From assembly GCA_044371435.1 (NCBI GenBank), contig JBILTQ010000001.1:1-62350 (forward strand): 62,350 bases of DNA, read 5' to 3'. The stretch comes from Pirellulaceae bacterium. GTDB lineage: Bacteria > Planctomycetota > Planctomycetia > Pirellulales > Pirellulaceae. Position 1 is the first letter of the stretch. Each line of letters starts with the position of its first letter. This document shows positions 19,864-29,720 of this stretch, piece after piece. The notes beneath the pieces were generated by a model that saw only the letters and a program-made list of their open reading frames with translations, was not told the DNA's origin and searched no databases. The translations under genes and the position numbers were made by a program.

Positions 19864-20261
19864 GCCAATCATCTCCAACCGGACAGATCATCAGCCTGGG
19901 CACCGATATCATCGAATGTGTTCGGATTGCCCAGATGATCGAGAAACACGGGGAAGTGTTCCTTCAACGCGTCTTTACGCAGCGTGAGATCGCCTATTGC
20001 TCCTCGCGCCGCTCGGCGAATCAACATTACGCTGGGCGGTGGGCAGCCAAGGAAGCGGCCCTCAAGGCCTTGGGCACCGGTTGGGCCAAAGGCATCCACT
20101 GGACCGATGTGGAAGTACGGAATGAAGTCAGCGGTAAACCGACGCTTATCTTGGCTAACCGCGCCGAGGAAGTAGCCATGTCTTTGGGCATTCGCCAGAT
20201 GCTGATCAGCATTTCCCACTGCCGGAACTATGCCATTGCTTTTGTGACAGCTACTGGATGA
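19860..20261 (+). CDS. acpS: holo-[acyl-carrier-protein] synthase
   Basis: LGTDIIECVRI...FTQREIAYC...AGRWAAKEAALKALG...SGKPTL is present. The ATGA start/stop overlap with trpS at 19860-19863 indicates translational coupling. Confidence 0.88.
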   Translation: MSQSSPTGQIISLGTDIIECVRIAQMIEKHGEVFLQRVFTQREIAYCSSRRSANQHYAGRWAAKEAALKALGTGWAKGIHWTDVEVRNEVSGKPTLILANRAEEVAMSLGIRQMLISISHCRNYAIAFVTATG

Positions 20262-20262
20262 T

Positions 20263-20868
20263 ATGAACCCCGTTTTGCGAGAGTCGGCAAGGCCATACCG
20301 TGCTTGCCATGTGTGTGGTACGATCCAGCGGTTACCGCCGGCGGCGACGGGTCGCTGGCGATGTTCCCAGTGCCATTCATCGATGACGCTTCCTCTCTCC
20401 CGTGCGTGGGTCGCCTCGCGGACGATGGCCGCGGCCTTCGGGGCACTGATCCTCTACCTGCCGGCCATCATGCTACCAATCCTTACTGTCGAGCAGCTCG
20501 GCCAAAGGCATCGCTCCAGCTTGCTCAGCGGCAGTCTTGAATTGCTGCATCAAGGGCATTTTTTCATCGGTACGGTTGTTTTTCTATTCTCGATCGTCCT
20601 GCCGCTACTCAAGATCCTTGCCTTATTGGAACTAAGCTGGTTCGGACTATTGCAGCGCCGCCACCAGGCCCTGCTTTATCGTGCCATGGAACTGACGGCG
20701 CGCTGGAGTATGCTCGATGTCATGCTGCTCGCCCTGCTGGTAATGCTGGTGAAGCTCGGTGGTCTCGTCGAGTTTCATCTTGGTCCGGCGGTCTTTGCTT
20801 TTGTGGGGTGCGTGGGCATGAACCTGCTCGCTTCACTCCGCTTTGACCCTCATAGTATCTGGGAGTGA
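20263..20868 (+). CDS. paraquat-inducible protein A (PqiA) family membrane protein, single-module form
   Basis: There is an N-terminal Cys-pair zinc-ribbon-like segment (CHVCGTIQRLP...WRCSQCHS), then TM segments and the PqiA-type stretch RWSMLDVMLLALLVMLVKLGGLVEF. It starts 1 nt after the acpS stop. Confidence 0.8.
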   Translation: MNPVLRESARPYRACHVCGTIQRLPPAATGRWRCSQCHSSMTLPLSRAWVASRTMAAAFGALILYLPAIMLPILTVEQLGQRHRSSLLSGSLELLHQGHFFIGTVVFLFSIVLPLLKILALLELSWFGLLQRRHQALLYRAMELTARWSMLDVMLLALLVMLVKLGGLVEFHLGPAVFAFVGCVGMNLLASLRFDPHSIWE

Positions 20869-20872
20869 ACGG

Positions 20873-22411
20873 ATGACCGAGTCGACCGATGCTTTGGCGA
20901 ACTCCAACATCCCGGATTTTCCCGATGCCATCCCCGAGGTCGCCGAGCACCGTCGGACCGAGAGCGGGTGGTTGGGTATAGCTTGGAATGCCTGGTGGTT
21001 GACGCTCCTTTGTGTCGCCCTAGCCGTGTCGCTGGTCGGCTGGTCGTGGTGGCTGCAAGGTCCTCGGATTACCGTCCGTTTCCGCGACGGCCATGGTTTG
21101 AAAGCCGAAAACCGCTTGCTACATCGCGGCATCGAAGTGGGCCTCATCGAGCAAGTCGAGCTCGACGATTCGCTACAGTTTGTCGATGTCTCCATCCGTT
21201 TGTCGAAATCAGCACGGAATTTGGCCCGCGAAGGTAGTCAATTCTGGATCGAACGGCCTACCCTCGATTTCACTGGGGCACGTGGGCTCGAGACTATCAT
21301 CGCAGGGCGTCACGTAGCGGTCGAACCCGGCCCAGACATCGGAGAAAGACGTTTGTTTTTCCACGGACTCGAGCAACCGCTCCCTCCGCATCCTTCGGCA
21401 GATGCCCTCGAAATCATCCTGGAAGCCAGCGATCGCCGTGGTTTGCAAGCCCAGGCCCCCATCGTCTATCGTGGCCTGGAAGTCGGACGCGTACGAAGTA
21501 TCGGTTTATCGTCTGATAGTCGCTGGATTCAAGTCCGGGTGATTATCGACGGGCAATATCGAAACCTGGTTCGCGCGAATTCGCAATTCTGGAATCGTAG
21601 CGGCCTGCGACTGGAACTCGGGCTAACCGGCCTGCAGATGGATGCTGAGAGCCTGGCCGGGATCGCCGCCGGCGGAATCGAGTTTGCCACTCCCGACTCG
21701 CCGGGAGAAACCGTGAGCTCCGGCCGCCGCTTTGAATTGGCTAGTCGAGCTGCGGATGAATGGCTGGCATGGCGTCCCCGGTTGTCGCATGGACTCGATG
21801 CTTTGGCCGGATGGGGCGAACTTCCCTTGCAAGAACGTCTCACGCTGAGTTGGCAGCAACGGCGTTTCGGTTTCCGCACCACCCAAGCCAAACGCGGCTG
21901 GATCCTACCGCTGGATGATGGGACAGCGATTGCCCCCAACGACCTATTGGAAGCCCCCTCCAGCTCGTCGCCCGAGTCGCTGCGTTGGGAGATCGGTGGC
22001 GTTGAACTGAAAAGACCTTCCAGCGATCCGCTGGCTAGCATCGCGCCGGCAGGCCCTGGCGGTGAGACGCTAGTCCGCCTCCCCTTGCTTGGCCTACCGC
22101 CGACTATCGCGCGATGGCCAGTCGCAAGGATTGGAAGCTGGTCGCCGCCCAAACCCAATCTTACCCAAGGCAACGGCAGCTTAGCCGAGCCTTGCCCGCT
22201 TTGGATTGTTGCCGATGTCCCCAGCCACTGGCTGCCGCTGGAATGGCATCAGATCAGCCTCGGGGGAAAGGCCCCCTGGCCGCTTTCCACCGGGATCGGA
22301 CTTACCGAAGAACAACATGGCTTGGCAATTTTCGATAGCCAGTCAGGTACCGTCGTGGGAGTGGTTGTCGTCCATGAACGCCAAGCCTGGCTGTTTCCCA
22401 TAGAATTCTAG
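20873..22411 (+). CDS. PqiB/MlaD-like MCE-domain protein (two MCE-like modules plus an unassigned C-terminal region of about 200 aa)
   Basis: A TM segment (WWLTLLCVALAVSLVGW) is followed by ITVRFRDGHGLKAENRLLHRGIEVGLIEQVEL...FWIERP, and then by a second module LEIILEASDRRGLQAQAPIVYRGLEVGRVRSIGL...FWNRSG. The ATG at 20873 lies 4 nt after the pqiA stop. The track start 20843 would overlap pqiA. Confidence 0.75.
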   Translation: MTESTDALANSNIPDFPDAIPEVAEHRRTESGWLGIAWNAWWLTLLCVALAVSLVGWSWWLQGPRITVRFRDGHGLKAENRLLHRGIEVGLIEQVELDDSLQFVDVSIRLSKSARNLAREGSQFWIERPTLDFTGARGLETIIAGRHVAVEPGPDIGERRLFFHGLEQPLPPHPSADALEIILEASDRRGLQAQAPIVYRGLEVGRVRSIGLSSDSRWIQVRVIIDGQYRNLVRANSQFWNRSGLRLELGLTGLQMDAESLAGIAAGGIEFATPDSPGETVSSGRRFELASRAADEWLAWRPRLSHGLDALAGWGELPLQERLTLSWQQRRFGFRTTQAKRGWILPLDDGTAIAPNDLLEAPSSSSPESLRWEIGGVELKRPSSDPLASIAPAGPGGETLVRLPLLGLPPTIARWPVARIGSWSPPKPNLTQGNGSLAEPCPLWIVADVPSHWLPLEWHQISLGGKAPWPLSTGIGLTEEQHGLAIFDSQSGTVVGVVVVHERQAWLFPIEF

Positions 22412-22453
22412 CTCGACAGCTTCCCACCGGTTGCCCATGTAAAGCTCGATTGC

Positions 22454-23593
22454 TTAACGGGTCCGCTGGATGCACCGCCCACTGGTGCGTTGCACAAGCC
22501 CTCGCATCTCCAACGCACCAATCGTGCTCAGTACCCGTGAGACAGCGAGCTGGCTTCTAACGATGATTTCATCGATATCGGTTGGTATCGGGGCGACATG
22601 TTGCAACACCGCACGCTCTTGCTCATTCAGCTGCAACTCGGCTGGATGCCGAATGGAAGTGGTCGCCCCTAGCCTGGATTCACCCATCAAGGGCCCCAGA
22701 TGGTCGATCACATCACTGGCATCCTGCACCAGAATAGCCCCATCTCGAATCAACTGATTGCACCCTCTCGACATTCGAGCATGGACTGGTCCCGGAATGG
22801 CGAAGAGATCTCGCCCCTGCTCACCGGCATGGGTGGCAGTGATCAGAGCTCCTGAACGTTCGGCAGCTTCAACGACGATCACACCCGCACATAGACCGCT
22901 GATAATTCGATTGCGAGCGGGAAAGACACCCGCCTTTGGGTTCTCGAAAGGTCCAGTTTCGCTGAGGAGCCAGCCTTTCTCAGTTATCCGTTGAGCCAGC
23001 TCGGTATGCTCAGCTGGATAGATGTCGGTGACATGACTACCAAGCACAGCCGCGGTCCTACCTTCAGCTTCCAGCGTCGCCCGATGGGCATAGGCGTCGA
23101 TCCCCCGCGCCAAGCCGCTCACAATTGTGAACCCAGCCCTAGCCAATTGGCTTGCCAGACCTTCCGTCACAGTCCGCCCGTACGCGGTAGCATGCCTTGA
23201 ACCAACAATAGCCAGGCAAAGCTGATCGGGAGGTGGTACCGCTCCGCGGGCATACAAAATCAACGGGGGATCCGCGATCTGCTGGAGCAATCGCGGATAG
23301 TCCTGGTCGATTGGGATCAAGATCCTGATAGAGTTGTCCTGACAATGCGTTACAACACGAGACAAGCAGCCACTCGCTCGCGCATGAACGATCGCGCCCG
23401 CTATCTTGGGTCCGACTCGGTGCACCCGACACAACTCGTCGAAGCTTGCAGCCAGTACCGCTGCCGGCGAACGAAAGTGCCCCAACAGACCTAGCATCGT
23501 CCGAGCCCCGATGCCAGGAATCAAAGCCAAACAAAGATAATCCGAGCGTTCGCTCGCCAAGGGCTCTTCAAAACCCGACAAGAAAATCGACAT
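22454..23593 (-). CDS. dprA: DNA-processing protein DprA (Smf)
   Basis: LALIPGIGARTM, IVGSRHATAYG, IVSGLARGIDAYAHRATL and VIVVEAAERSGALITA are present. The ATG is at 23593 (MSIFLSG), and the track start is GTG 23608. Confidence 0.9.
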   Translation of the reverse strand: MSIFLSGFEEPLASERSDYLCLALIPGIGARTMLGLLGHFRSPAAVLAASFDELCRVHRVGPKIAGAIVHARASGCLSRVVTHCQDNSIRILIPIDQDYPRLLQQIADPPLILYARGAVPPPDQLCLAIVGSRHATAYGRTVTEGLASQLARAGFTIVSGLARGIDAYAHRATLEAEGRTAAVLGSHVTDIYPAEHTELAQRITEKGWLLSETGPFENPKAGVFPARNRIISGLCAGVIVVEAAERSGALITATHAGEQGRDLFAIPGPVHARMSRGCNQLIRDGAILVQDASDVIDHLGPLMGESRLGATTSIRHPAELQLNEQERAVLQHVAPIPTDIDEIIVRSQLAVSRVLSTIGALEMRGLVQRTSGRCIQRTR

Positions 23594-23934
23594 GACTCCT
23601 GCCCCCACTCACCATTCCCCGGACCGCCATCCCTGAGAAACGTTTAGCCCTGCCCTCATCCCCAGCAAGCTCTTCCCGCACCCCACCCGCGCGAACCCGT
23701 CGCTCCGCAGCCTGGAGGGGCCGACTTCGAACGAGACTCTCGCTCAACTCAAGGCGGCGGCACCCGTCGACTCCACCCAATCGCTTGTTGTAAGCGATCT
23801 GAACATATTTCTCAAACACAAGCCGGGAAAACTGTCTGGAAGCAGCCCCGTCGTTGCTCCGTGGCCATACCGATCACCGTCGCGGCAATTCACAGACGAC
23901 GGACCTCTCCTGCCCGATCAACGGTGCAAACCCA

Positions 23935-25029
23935 TCAACGCTGCAAAGCGTTGGGTGGAGGGGCATTTGGATTGGACGCCCGCAACGGTTCCTGAGGGGC
24001 TTCCTCGGCCAGGAAGGGAACTTCTTCCACGGTCCAGTCCTTCGGCGGTTCGCGCGGAATGAAAGCCTGGCGGAAGAGAGTTTCATTGATTTTTTCCAGC
24101 AAAGTTAGATTCACCTCACGCTCGCTGAACTGAAAAACCTCCCGATGTGGTGCCGTAGGTGTCCATTGCGTCAAGGCAATATCGATCGCCACGGGTAGGA
24201 ACTCGTTGCGATCGAGATAGATCGTCACGTGATGGTAATTGAGTGCGTCAGCCTGCATTTTGGGGTAGGCTTCAAGCAATACGATCTGATCATTCTGCTT
24301 TCCATTCTTGTCGACGGGCGGCGGTAAGGGGCGGATCCAGTAGCGGGCCTGGATTTTCTCGGCATCGACACCAAAAACGAAGGGGAGTGGCGAATTGAAA
24401 ACCTCAGCGCCCTGCATACTCGGTGGTAACATGTACTTTTTGGCCTTTTTCTCCGTCCGATCGTAGAGGTGAATGCTCTCACCATCGCAGATCCACCAAT
24501 CCCCATACTGCCCAGGCACCACTTCATAAGTAAATTTGCCGTCGGGTTGTTGTTTGAGAAAATGAATGTCTTCGACTTGAAACATGCCCTTATCCGGGGC
24601 CATGTATCTGACGACTCCTTTAGCTATCGAATGATGTTGGGATGGATCGTTCACCTTGGTGGGATCGTACTGCCAGCGAGTAAACTTGCATTGATAGCGC
24701 TGAATCTTAGCGGTGCTCTGCTGCCAGTACTGAAGCACATTCCCGAGATATTGCTGAAGGGCTGGATCCAGCGGCGGGAAAGGGGCCACCCCCATCGGGG
24801 CTTCGGGCAATGCCTGGCCCAATCCGCCTGGCATGTTGCCGGTGCCTCCTTGTGGGGTGGTTGGTGCCGTTGGGCCGCCGACACTCATGGGCGCCGCCGG
24901 ATTTGCGGTCTGCGCATGGGGTTGTTGAATCGTATTGCCAGCAATCTGAGCCATGCCGCTATGCCCCAACCAGACACTCGCGATGAGAGCCGAACTGAAG
25001 CTAAACCAGCGCGTCAGGTAACTTCGCAT
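23935..25029 (-). CDS. secreted hypothetical protein with a LolA-like-looking C-terminal domain
   Basis: It has a signal peptide (MRSYLTRWFSFSSALIASVWLGHSGMAQ) and a Pro/Gly/Ala low-complexity spacer. The next part, KFTRWQYDP...GVVRYMAPDKGMFQVEDIHF...WWICDGESIHLYDRTEKKAKKYMLP, resembles the LolA/lipoprotein-carrier pattern. The fold assignment is by eye only. Confidence 0.5.
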   Translation of the reverse strand: MRSYLTRWFSFSSALIASVWLGHSGMAQIAGNTIQQPHAQTANPAAPMSVGGPTAPTTPQGGTGNMPGGLGQALPEAPMGVAPFPPLDPALQQYLGNVLQYWQQSTAKIQRYQCKFTRWQYDPTKVNDPSQHHSIAKGVVRYMAPDKGMFQVEDIHFLKQQPDGKFTYEVVPGQYGDWWICDGESIHLYDRTEKKAKKYMLPPSMQGAEVFNSPLPFVFGVDAEKIQARYWIRPLPPPVDKNGKQNDQIVLLEAYPKMQADALNYHHVTIYLDRNEFLPVAIDIALTQWTPTAPHREVFQFSEREVNLTLLEKINETLFRQAFIPREPPKDWTVEEVPFLAEEAPQEPLRASNPNAPPPNALQR

Positions 25030-25493
25030 GATGGTCCATTCCTAGGGTCAATTTGCCAAACCATGGTCGGGTTGTAGCAGGTTTCCTGATGGAACCCCAG
25101 AGCGCTTTCTCTGGCTGAATTCAGGCTGAAGTTCCGGTCTTTGGCTCAGGGCTCGCTGTCCTACCGGGAATGGAACGAAGCGCAGCTAGGCATAAGCTGT
25201 TTCGCAGCCGTCGGGACCGTACCGGGGACTCGCTTCACGCCCATTTCACGAAAGCTTTGAAAGCCACTTTGCGCCTCGACCGCTGACACGGGCATCGCCG
25301 CCGTTTCCCGTCGTCCGATGATCGTGGACGCCAAAGAGCTAGCTATCAACGGTGATGGATCTTGGTACATCCACCGCCATAACCATCTTGGCACGGAGTC
25401 CGATTTTTTGCTAGTGTTCCAGCAGGCTCGGACTGCTCTTGGCGATGATCCGCTCATCTCCGCGTTCGATTGTCAGCTGATCTTCCCAAGTCG

Positions 25494-28400
25494 ATGTTCC
25501 TTCGCGATTATCTTCGAATCTTCCTCCCGCTCGTCGGCTTGGTCCTCAGCTACCGAGTCGTCGCCGTTCCCTGGATGGAACCCACCCACGCCAGAGCGAT
25601 TCCCATCGGTCCCATCGCCAGCACCCAAACCCAAAAAGTGCGTTGGGCCAAATACTTTGACGAAAACGCGTGGCAGTGCAAGCAACCCAAAATCCTCGAG
25701 ACACGCCAGGGAATGGTGCTGCTGTTCGAGAATTGGGAGAAGCTTGCCCCAGATCGCTGGAAACTCCACCCGCTGACGATCCTTATCGAGCAAGCTAACG
25801 ATAAGCCGCCAACTGCTACCGATGGAGTTGCCCCGCAAACCTCCCGTCTGGTGATGATCGATAGTCCCGATGGAGCCGAGATCCGCTTCCGCGAAGCCAT
25901 CGACTTTACCAGCGGCAAACTCCCTCCGGTTGTCAGTGGTCAACTCGATGGAAAGATCGAGATCTTTTCTCCACCAAGCCAGGATGGGCTTAGCGATGAT
26001 GGTTTTTCCATCCAGACGCGAGATCTCCGTATCGACCGTCGACATATCTGGACAACCCAAGCCATCCAGATGAAGCTCGGCAACAGCCGTATTGAAGGCC
26101 GCGACCTTTCCATCTACATGGACCATGATCTTTTAGCATCACCGAAGCCAGACCAGGCGACGGATGACTCTCCGTGGACTGGTCTGGATCATCTGGAACT
26201 CATCTACGTCGATCGAGTCCACATCGATTTGCCAGCGGGAGGTTTATTCAGCAAGCAGACCGTACCACCGACATCCATGAACGCTAGCCCGGCCCATGTC
26301 GAACTGAAATGTCGCGGGGCCTTTCAGTTCGACTTTCATCGATCGCTGGCGACCCTCTCTTCCAAGGTCGAACTTCGGCATATCGTCGAAGCTTCGATGC
26401 CGGACACCTTTCAAAGCGATCGCCTTTTGCTCCACTTCGAATGGTCGAATGGCCTTGCCTCTACGGATGCCAACCAACCAACGAAGCAATGGATGCTCGA
26501 TCGGATTGAGGCCTTCGGTAGTCAGAGCCTGGAACCCGATGACCCTACCCGCTGGGTACGTATCGATGCTCCTAGCATCCAGACTTTAGGCCGTAGTCGC
26601 TGGTTACGGGTGGATCTCAAGCACGGGCGAATTGCCATGGCCAATCATCTTCCACACATGGCAGCGACAGAAACCTCGCAAGTGTACCTTCAGCGGGATA
26701 CGTTACAGGTCTGGTCGCCGGAAGTCGAATACGAAAGTCAAATGCTCCGCTCCGGACCGCAGTCTATCCCAGCCAGTCCATCCTCCCGACTCGGGCAATT
26801 GTGGGCGGCTGGACCCGGCCAGGCATCGATGGTCTCGGAGGACGGCGATGCCTGGCGGTTATCGTGGGCTAAATCCTTGCAACTGCAGCCGGATGGGCCA
26901 GTGGATCGCCTGACCATCGATGGCAGCGCTAATGCTCGTAGCGAAAGGCAGGGACGGTTCTCCGCCGAGACGGTCGATATCTGGCTGCGTTCGATCTCCG
27001 ATGAAGTCCTGACCTTTCTAGCCTCGAAAACAAACGGTGACCGCCCCTCATCGATCATCACGGAGAGATTGCATGCTAACGGCAAAGTGATCATTCACTC
27101 CGATCTCCTGAGAACCCAGGTCTCGGACTTGAAACTTTGGTTTCAGTATCCCGAAATTGATTCGGCGATCGCTCACCTAAAAGCCGCTGGTATTCCGGCA
27201 CCTCTCGATGTACCTAAACTGGACGCCTCAGCGAACACGACCAATCAGCTACTCGGTCAGCCCGGCTTGCCGACACCTTCGGCTGCGAATAAACCATCCT
27301 CTCCGATCGGAACAGCCTTCTCCCATATCATTTCATTAGCGAACAATTCCTCAACCGCGCCGGTGGGATCGACGACGACTCCCCCATCCTTCCATGGCCC
27401 AGGCCAACTCACCAGCCGTGAAACGGAACTGGAATTCAGCCAGCCGGATCCATCACGACTAGCCCCAACCCCGTTTCCTACCAATGTCACCGGCGAAACC
27501 TTGATAGCCAAGCTTTCGCAGTCATCGCAAGGATTGGTTATCGAGGATCTAGCGTTAAGCGGCAATGCGACGATTACCCGTAATCAACTCTCGCCGTCAT
27601 CCCCACTTCCCTTGACGATTGTCGGCGAACAGATCCGCCTCGATTCCTCCGATCAAGGCTATCTCGATGCCACGATCCAGGGAACACCGGCGAAATTTTC
27701 CATCGGCTCTGGAGCCATGGAAAGCAGCGAAATTCACTTGAATCAACAGCAGCAGCTGATCTGGATGGATCAACCTGGTATCTTTCGCATGCCGACCCAA
27801 GCCTTACCGGCCCAGGCGTCAGGCATGACCACGCCGTATCGACCCTTGCCGACACCTGCGGAACCGCCGAAGGCTGGCGACTTTCCAGGACTCATGGTCT
27901 CCCCCTCCCGATCCGACCCGCTCAAGGCCACTGCTGGTCATTGGGTCGAGCCTCCCCGCATCGAATGGCAAGGGCGAATGGTCTTTGACGGACGCACGGC
28001 CCGTATGGACGGTGGGGTGAGTATCGATGGCAGGCTGCAATCACAACCGGATACGATTTGGCATTTCGCTGGGCGAGCCCGTGAACTGAATGTGACCTTG
28101 GACCCGCCGATGTCGTTTACCGATAAGAACGTTTCTCCCTCCACCATCTCGGCTGTGCAGCTTATCGATCAGGTCGATCTCAAGGCTGCCGAAACGGATG
28201 CGCGAGGCGTACGAAGATCTTTGAACCGCTTGGAAGTCCCCGAACTGACGTTCCTCGTGCCGCAACAGCAATGGATCGGCTTGGGGCCAGGTTCTTTTCG
28301 CACCAGCCGCATCGGTCCCGCGAATCCTGAAAACACTTTCAGCATCCCTGCGAACTCGCCCGCCGTGGTTCCCCCGGCAACTCAAATGCAAGCCGCCGCT

Positions 28401-29051
28401 GAATTGCAATGCCTGCACCTTCGTTTTCGCGGCAAGATGGAAGGCGATATGAGCAAGCAACTGGTGATCTTCTATGATCGCGTCGAAACTTTGTTGCAAC
28501 CCATCTTGAGCTGGGACGAACTTCCCGATGTACAGCTGGTGGATCGCTTGCATATCGGTCAAACGACATTGATGTGTGACCAATTAGGAATCTACAACAA
28601 TAGTCAGCTCAGTTGGAACCAGTCTCAGCTTGCCCACCCCCAAACAGCCCATGGTTCAGCCTGGGAAGTCACGGGCGCAGGCCGAGTGGTAGTCGAAAGT
28701 GTCAACCAACAAGGTGCTTTCGCGGTTACCGCCAATCGGGTGCAATACGCCGCACTGTATCATCTGCTGCGCATGGAAGGCTTACCGGGACAACCAGCTC
28801 TCATTCGTCGGCTTTCCGCCCAGGATCCCCCCGGCACCGAGCCTACCCAAGCCGCCATCAGCAGCGGCTCGATCAACGTCAAGACCGGAGAGGCCGACCT
28901 GTCGATCGTTCATATCCGGGCCGATCTACGCGGCGTTACTGGCCAGCCCCCTGCCTCGGACCCCGCTGCCCCCGCCCTCCAGTCGGCACCCGTTACCGCC
29001 GCGCCGCCGATCCCGTCGCCGCGCGACGCCTACCCGCTACGTCGCCCCTAG
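25494..29051 (+). CDS. N-terminally anchored giant hypothetical protein (about 1185 aa), beta-rich with Pro/Ser/Thr linkers
   Basis: This is track ORF 25470..29051 (TTG start). ATG 25494 gives MFLRDYLRIFLPLVGLVLSYRVVAV, a single TM anchor. The rest is long and non-repetitive, with short alternating hydrophobic strands. It has a central S/T/P linker and a C-terminal Pro/Ala tail. No family is recognised with confidence. Confidence 0.6.
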   Translation: MFLRDYLRIFLPLVGLVLSYRVVAVPWMEPTHARAIPIGPIASTQTQKVRWAKYFDENAWQCKQPKILETRQGMVLLFENWEKLAPDRWKLHPLTILIEQANDKPPTATDGVAPQTSRLVMIDSPDGAEIRFREAIDFTSGKLPPVVSGQLDGKIEIFSPPSQDGLSDDGFSIQTRDLRIDRRHIWTTQAIQMKLGNSRIEGRDLSIYMDHDLLASPKPDQATDDSPWTGLDHLELIYVDRVHIDLPAGGLFSKQTVPPTSMNASPAHVELKCRGAFQFDFHRSLATLSSKVELRHIVEASMPDTFQSDRLLLHFEWSNGLASTDANQPTKQWMLDRIEAFGSQSLEPDDPTRWVRIDAPSIQTLGRSRWLRVDLKHGRIAMANHLPHMAATETSQVYLQRDTLQVWSPEVEYESQMLRSGPQSIPASPSSRLGQLWAAGPGQASMVSEDGDAWRLSWAKSLQLQPDGPVDRLTIDGSANARSERQGRFSAETVDIWLRSISDEVLTFLASKTNGDRPSSIITERLHANGKVIIHSDLLRTQVSDLKLWFQYPEIDSAIAHLKAAGIPAPLDVPKLDASANTTNQLLGQPGLPTPSAANKPSSPIGTAFSHIISLANNSSTAPVGSTTTPPSFHGPGQLTSRETELEFSQPDPSRLAPTPFPTNVTGETLIAKLSQSSQGLVIEDLALSGNATITRNQLSPSSPLPLTIVGEQIRLDSSDQGYLDATIQGTPAKFSIGSGAMESSEIHLNQQQQLIWMDQPGIFRMPTQALPAQASGMTTPYRPLPTPAEPPKAGDFPGLMVSPSRSDPLKATAGHWVEPPRIEWQGRMVFDGRTARMDGGVSIDGRLQSQPDTIWHFAGRARELNVTLDPPMSFTDKNVSPSTISAVQLIDQVDLKAAETDARGVRRSLNRLEVPELTFLVPQQQWIGLGPGSFRTSRIGPANPENTFSIPANSPAVVPPATQMQAAAELQCLHLRFRGKMEGDMSKQLVIFYDRVETLLQPILSWDELPDVQLVDRLHIGQTTLMCDQLGIYNNSQLSWNQSQLAHPQTAHGSAWEVTGAGRVVVESVNQQGAFAVTANRVQYAALYHLLRMEGLPGQPALIRRLSAQDPPGTEPTQAAISSGSINVKTGEADLSIVHIRADLRGVTGQPPASDPAAPALQSAPVTAAPPIPSPRDAYPLRRP

Positions 29052-29093
29052 TGCGGTTGAGCCCCCATCAGGCGTAGCCCGCCCCCGATCGAC

Positions 29094-29699
29094 TCAGACT
29101 GGTTTGCGAAAGCGGCTACGGTATACCGGTAATCCGTTCAAGCGCGTGCGTCTTTCAAAGTGGGTGTGATAGTCCATCGCGTGCTCAGCTGACCGCTCCT
29201 CAACGAAATCCGGCCCCTGCAACTTGGTGGCTTGAGCCAGCAACTGAAGGCTAGACTCATAGTAATCGAGGACATCCGTCCAAAAGTGCAGGTAGCCACC
29301 CGGTATTAAAGCACGCTCGATGGCGACCACCATGCGTTCATTCAAGACGCGGCGTTTCTTATGCCGGGCTTTCCACCAGGGATCGGGGAAATAGACGTGC
29401 ACGGCGTCCAACCGATTCTCTGGCACATCGCGGCACATAATCTCTACGGCATCGGCGGAAAAACAACGAGCGTTACCGACTGCTCGCGATTCCAGACGTT
29501 GCTGCGCGAGCCTCGCGTACTTGTCAGCCAGTTCAACCCCAATGAAAAACACCCCAGGCTGCCGCGCTGCGGCCTCGATCAAGAACAGTCCCTTGCCGGA
29601 ACCAACCTCAAGCTCGATCCTCCGGGGAAACTCGAGGAGCGATAAAAACTCGGCCCGTGACTCGTTCGGGCGAAAATAACTGCGAACCTCGAGACTCAT
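29094..29699 (-). CDS. trmB: tRNA (guanine-N7)-methyltransferase
   Basis: LEVGSGKGLFLIEAAARQPGVFFIGVE and VHVYFPDPWWKARHKKRRVL are present. Confidence 0.9.
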   Translation of the reverse strand: MSLEVRSYFRPNESRAEFLSLLEFPRRIELEVGSGKGLFLIEAAARQPGVFFIGVELADKYARLAQQRLESRAVGNARCFSADAVEIMCRDVPENRLDAVHVYFPDPWWKARHKKRRVLNERMVVAIERALIPGGYLHFWTDVLDYYESSLQLLAQATKLQGPDFVEERSAEHAMDYHTHFERRTRLNGLPVYRSRFRKPV

Positions 29700-29720
29700 G
29701 CGGGAACCTTGAACAGCCTC

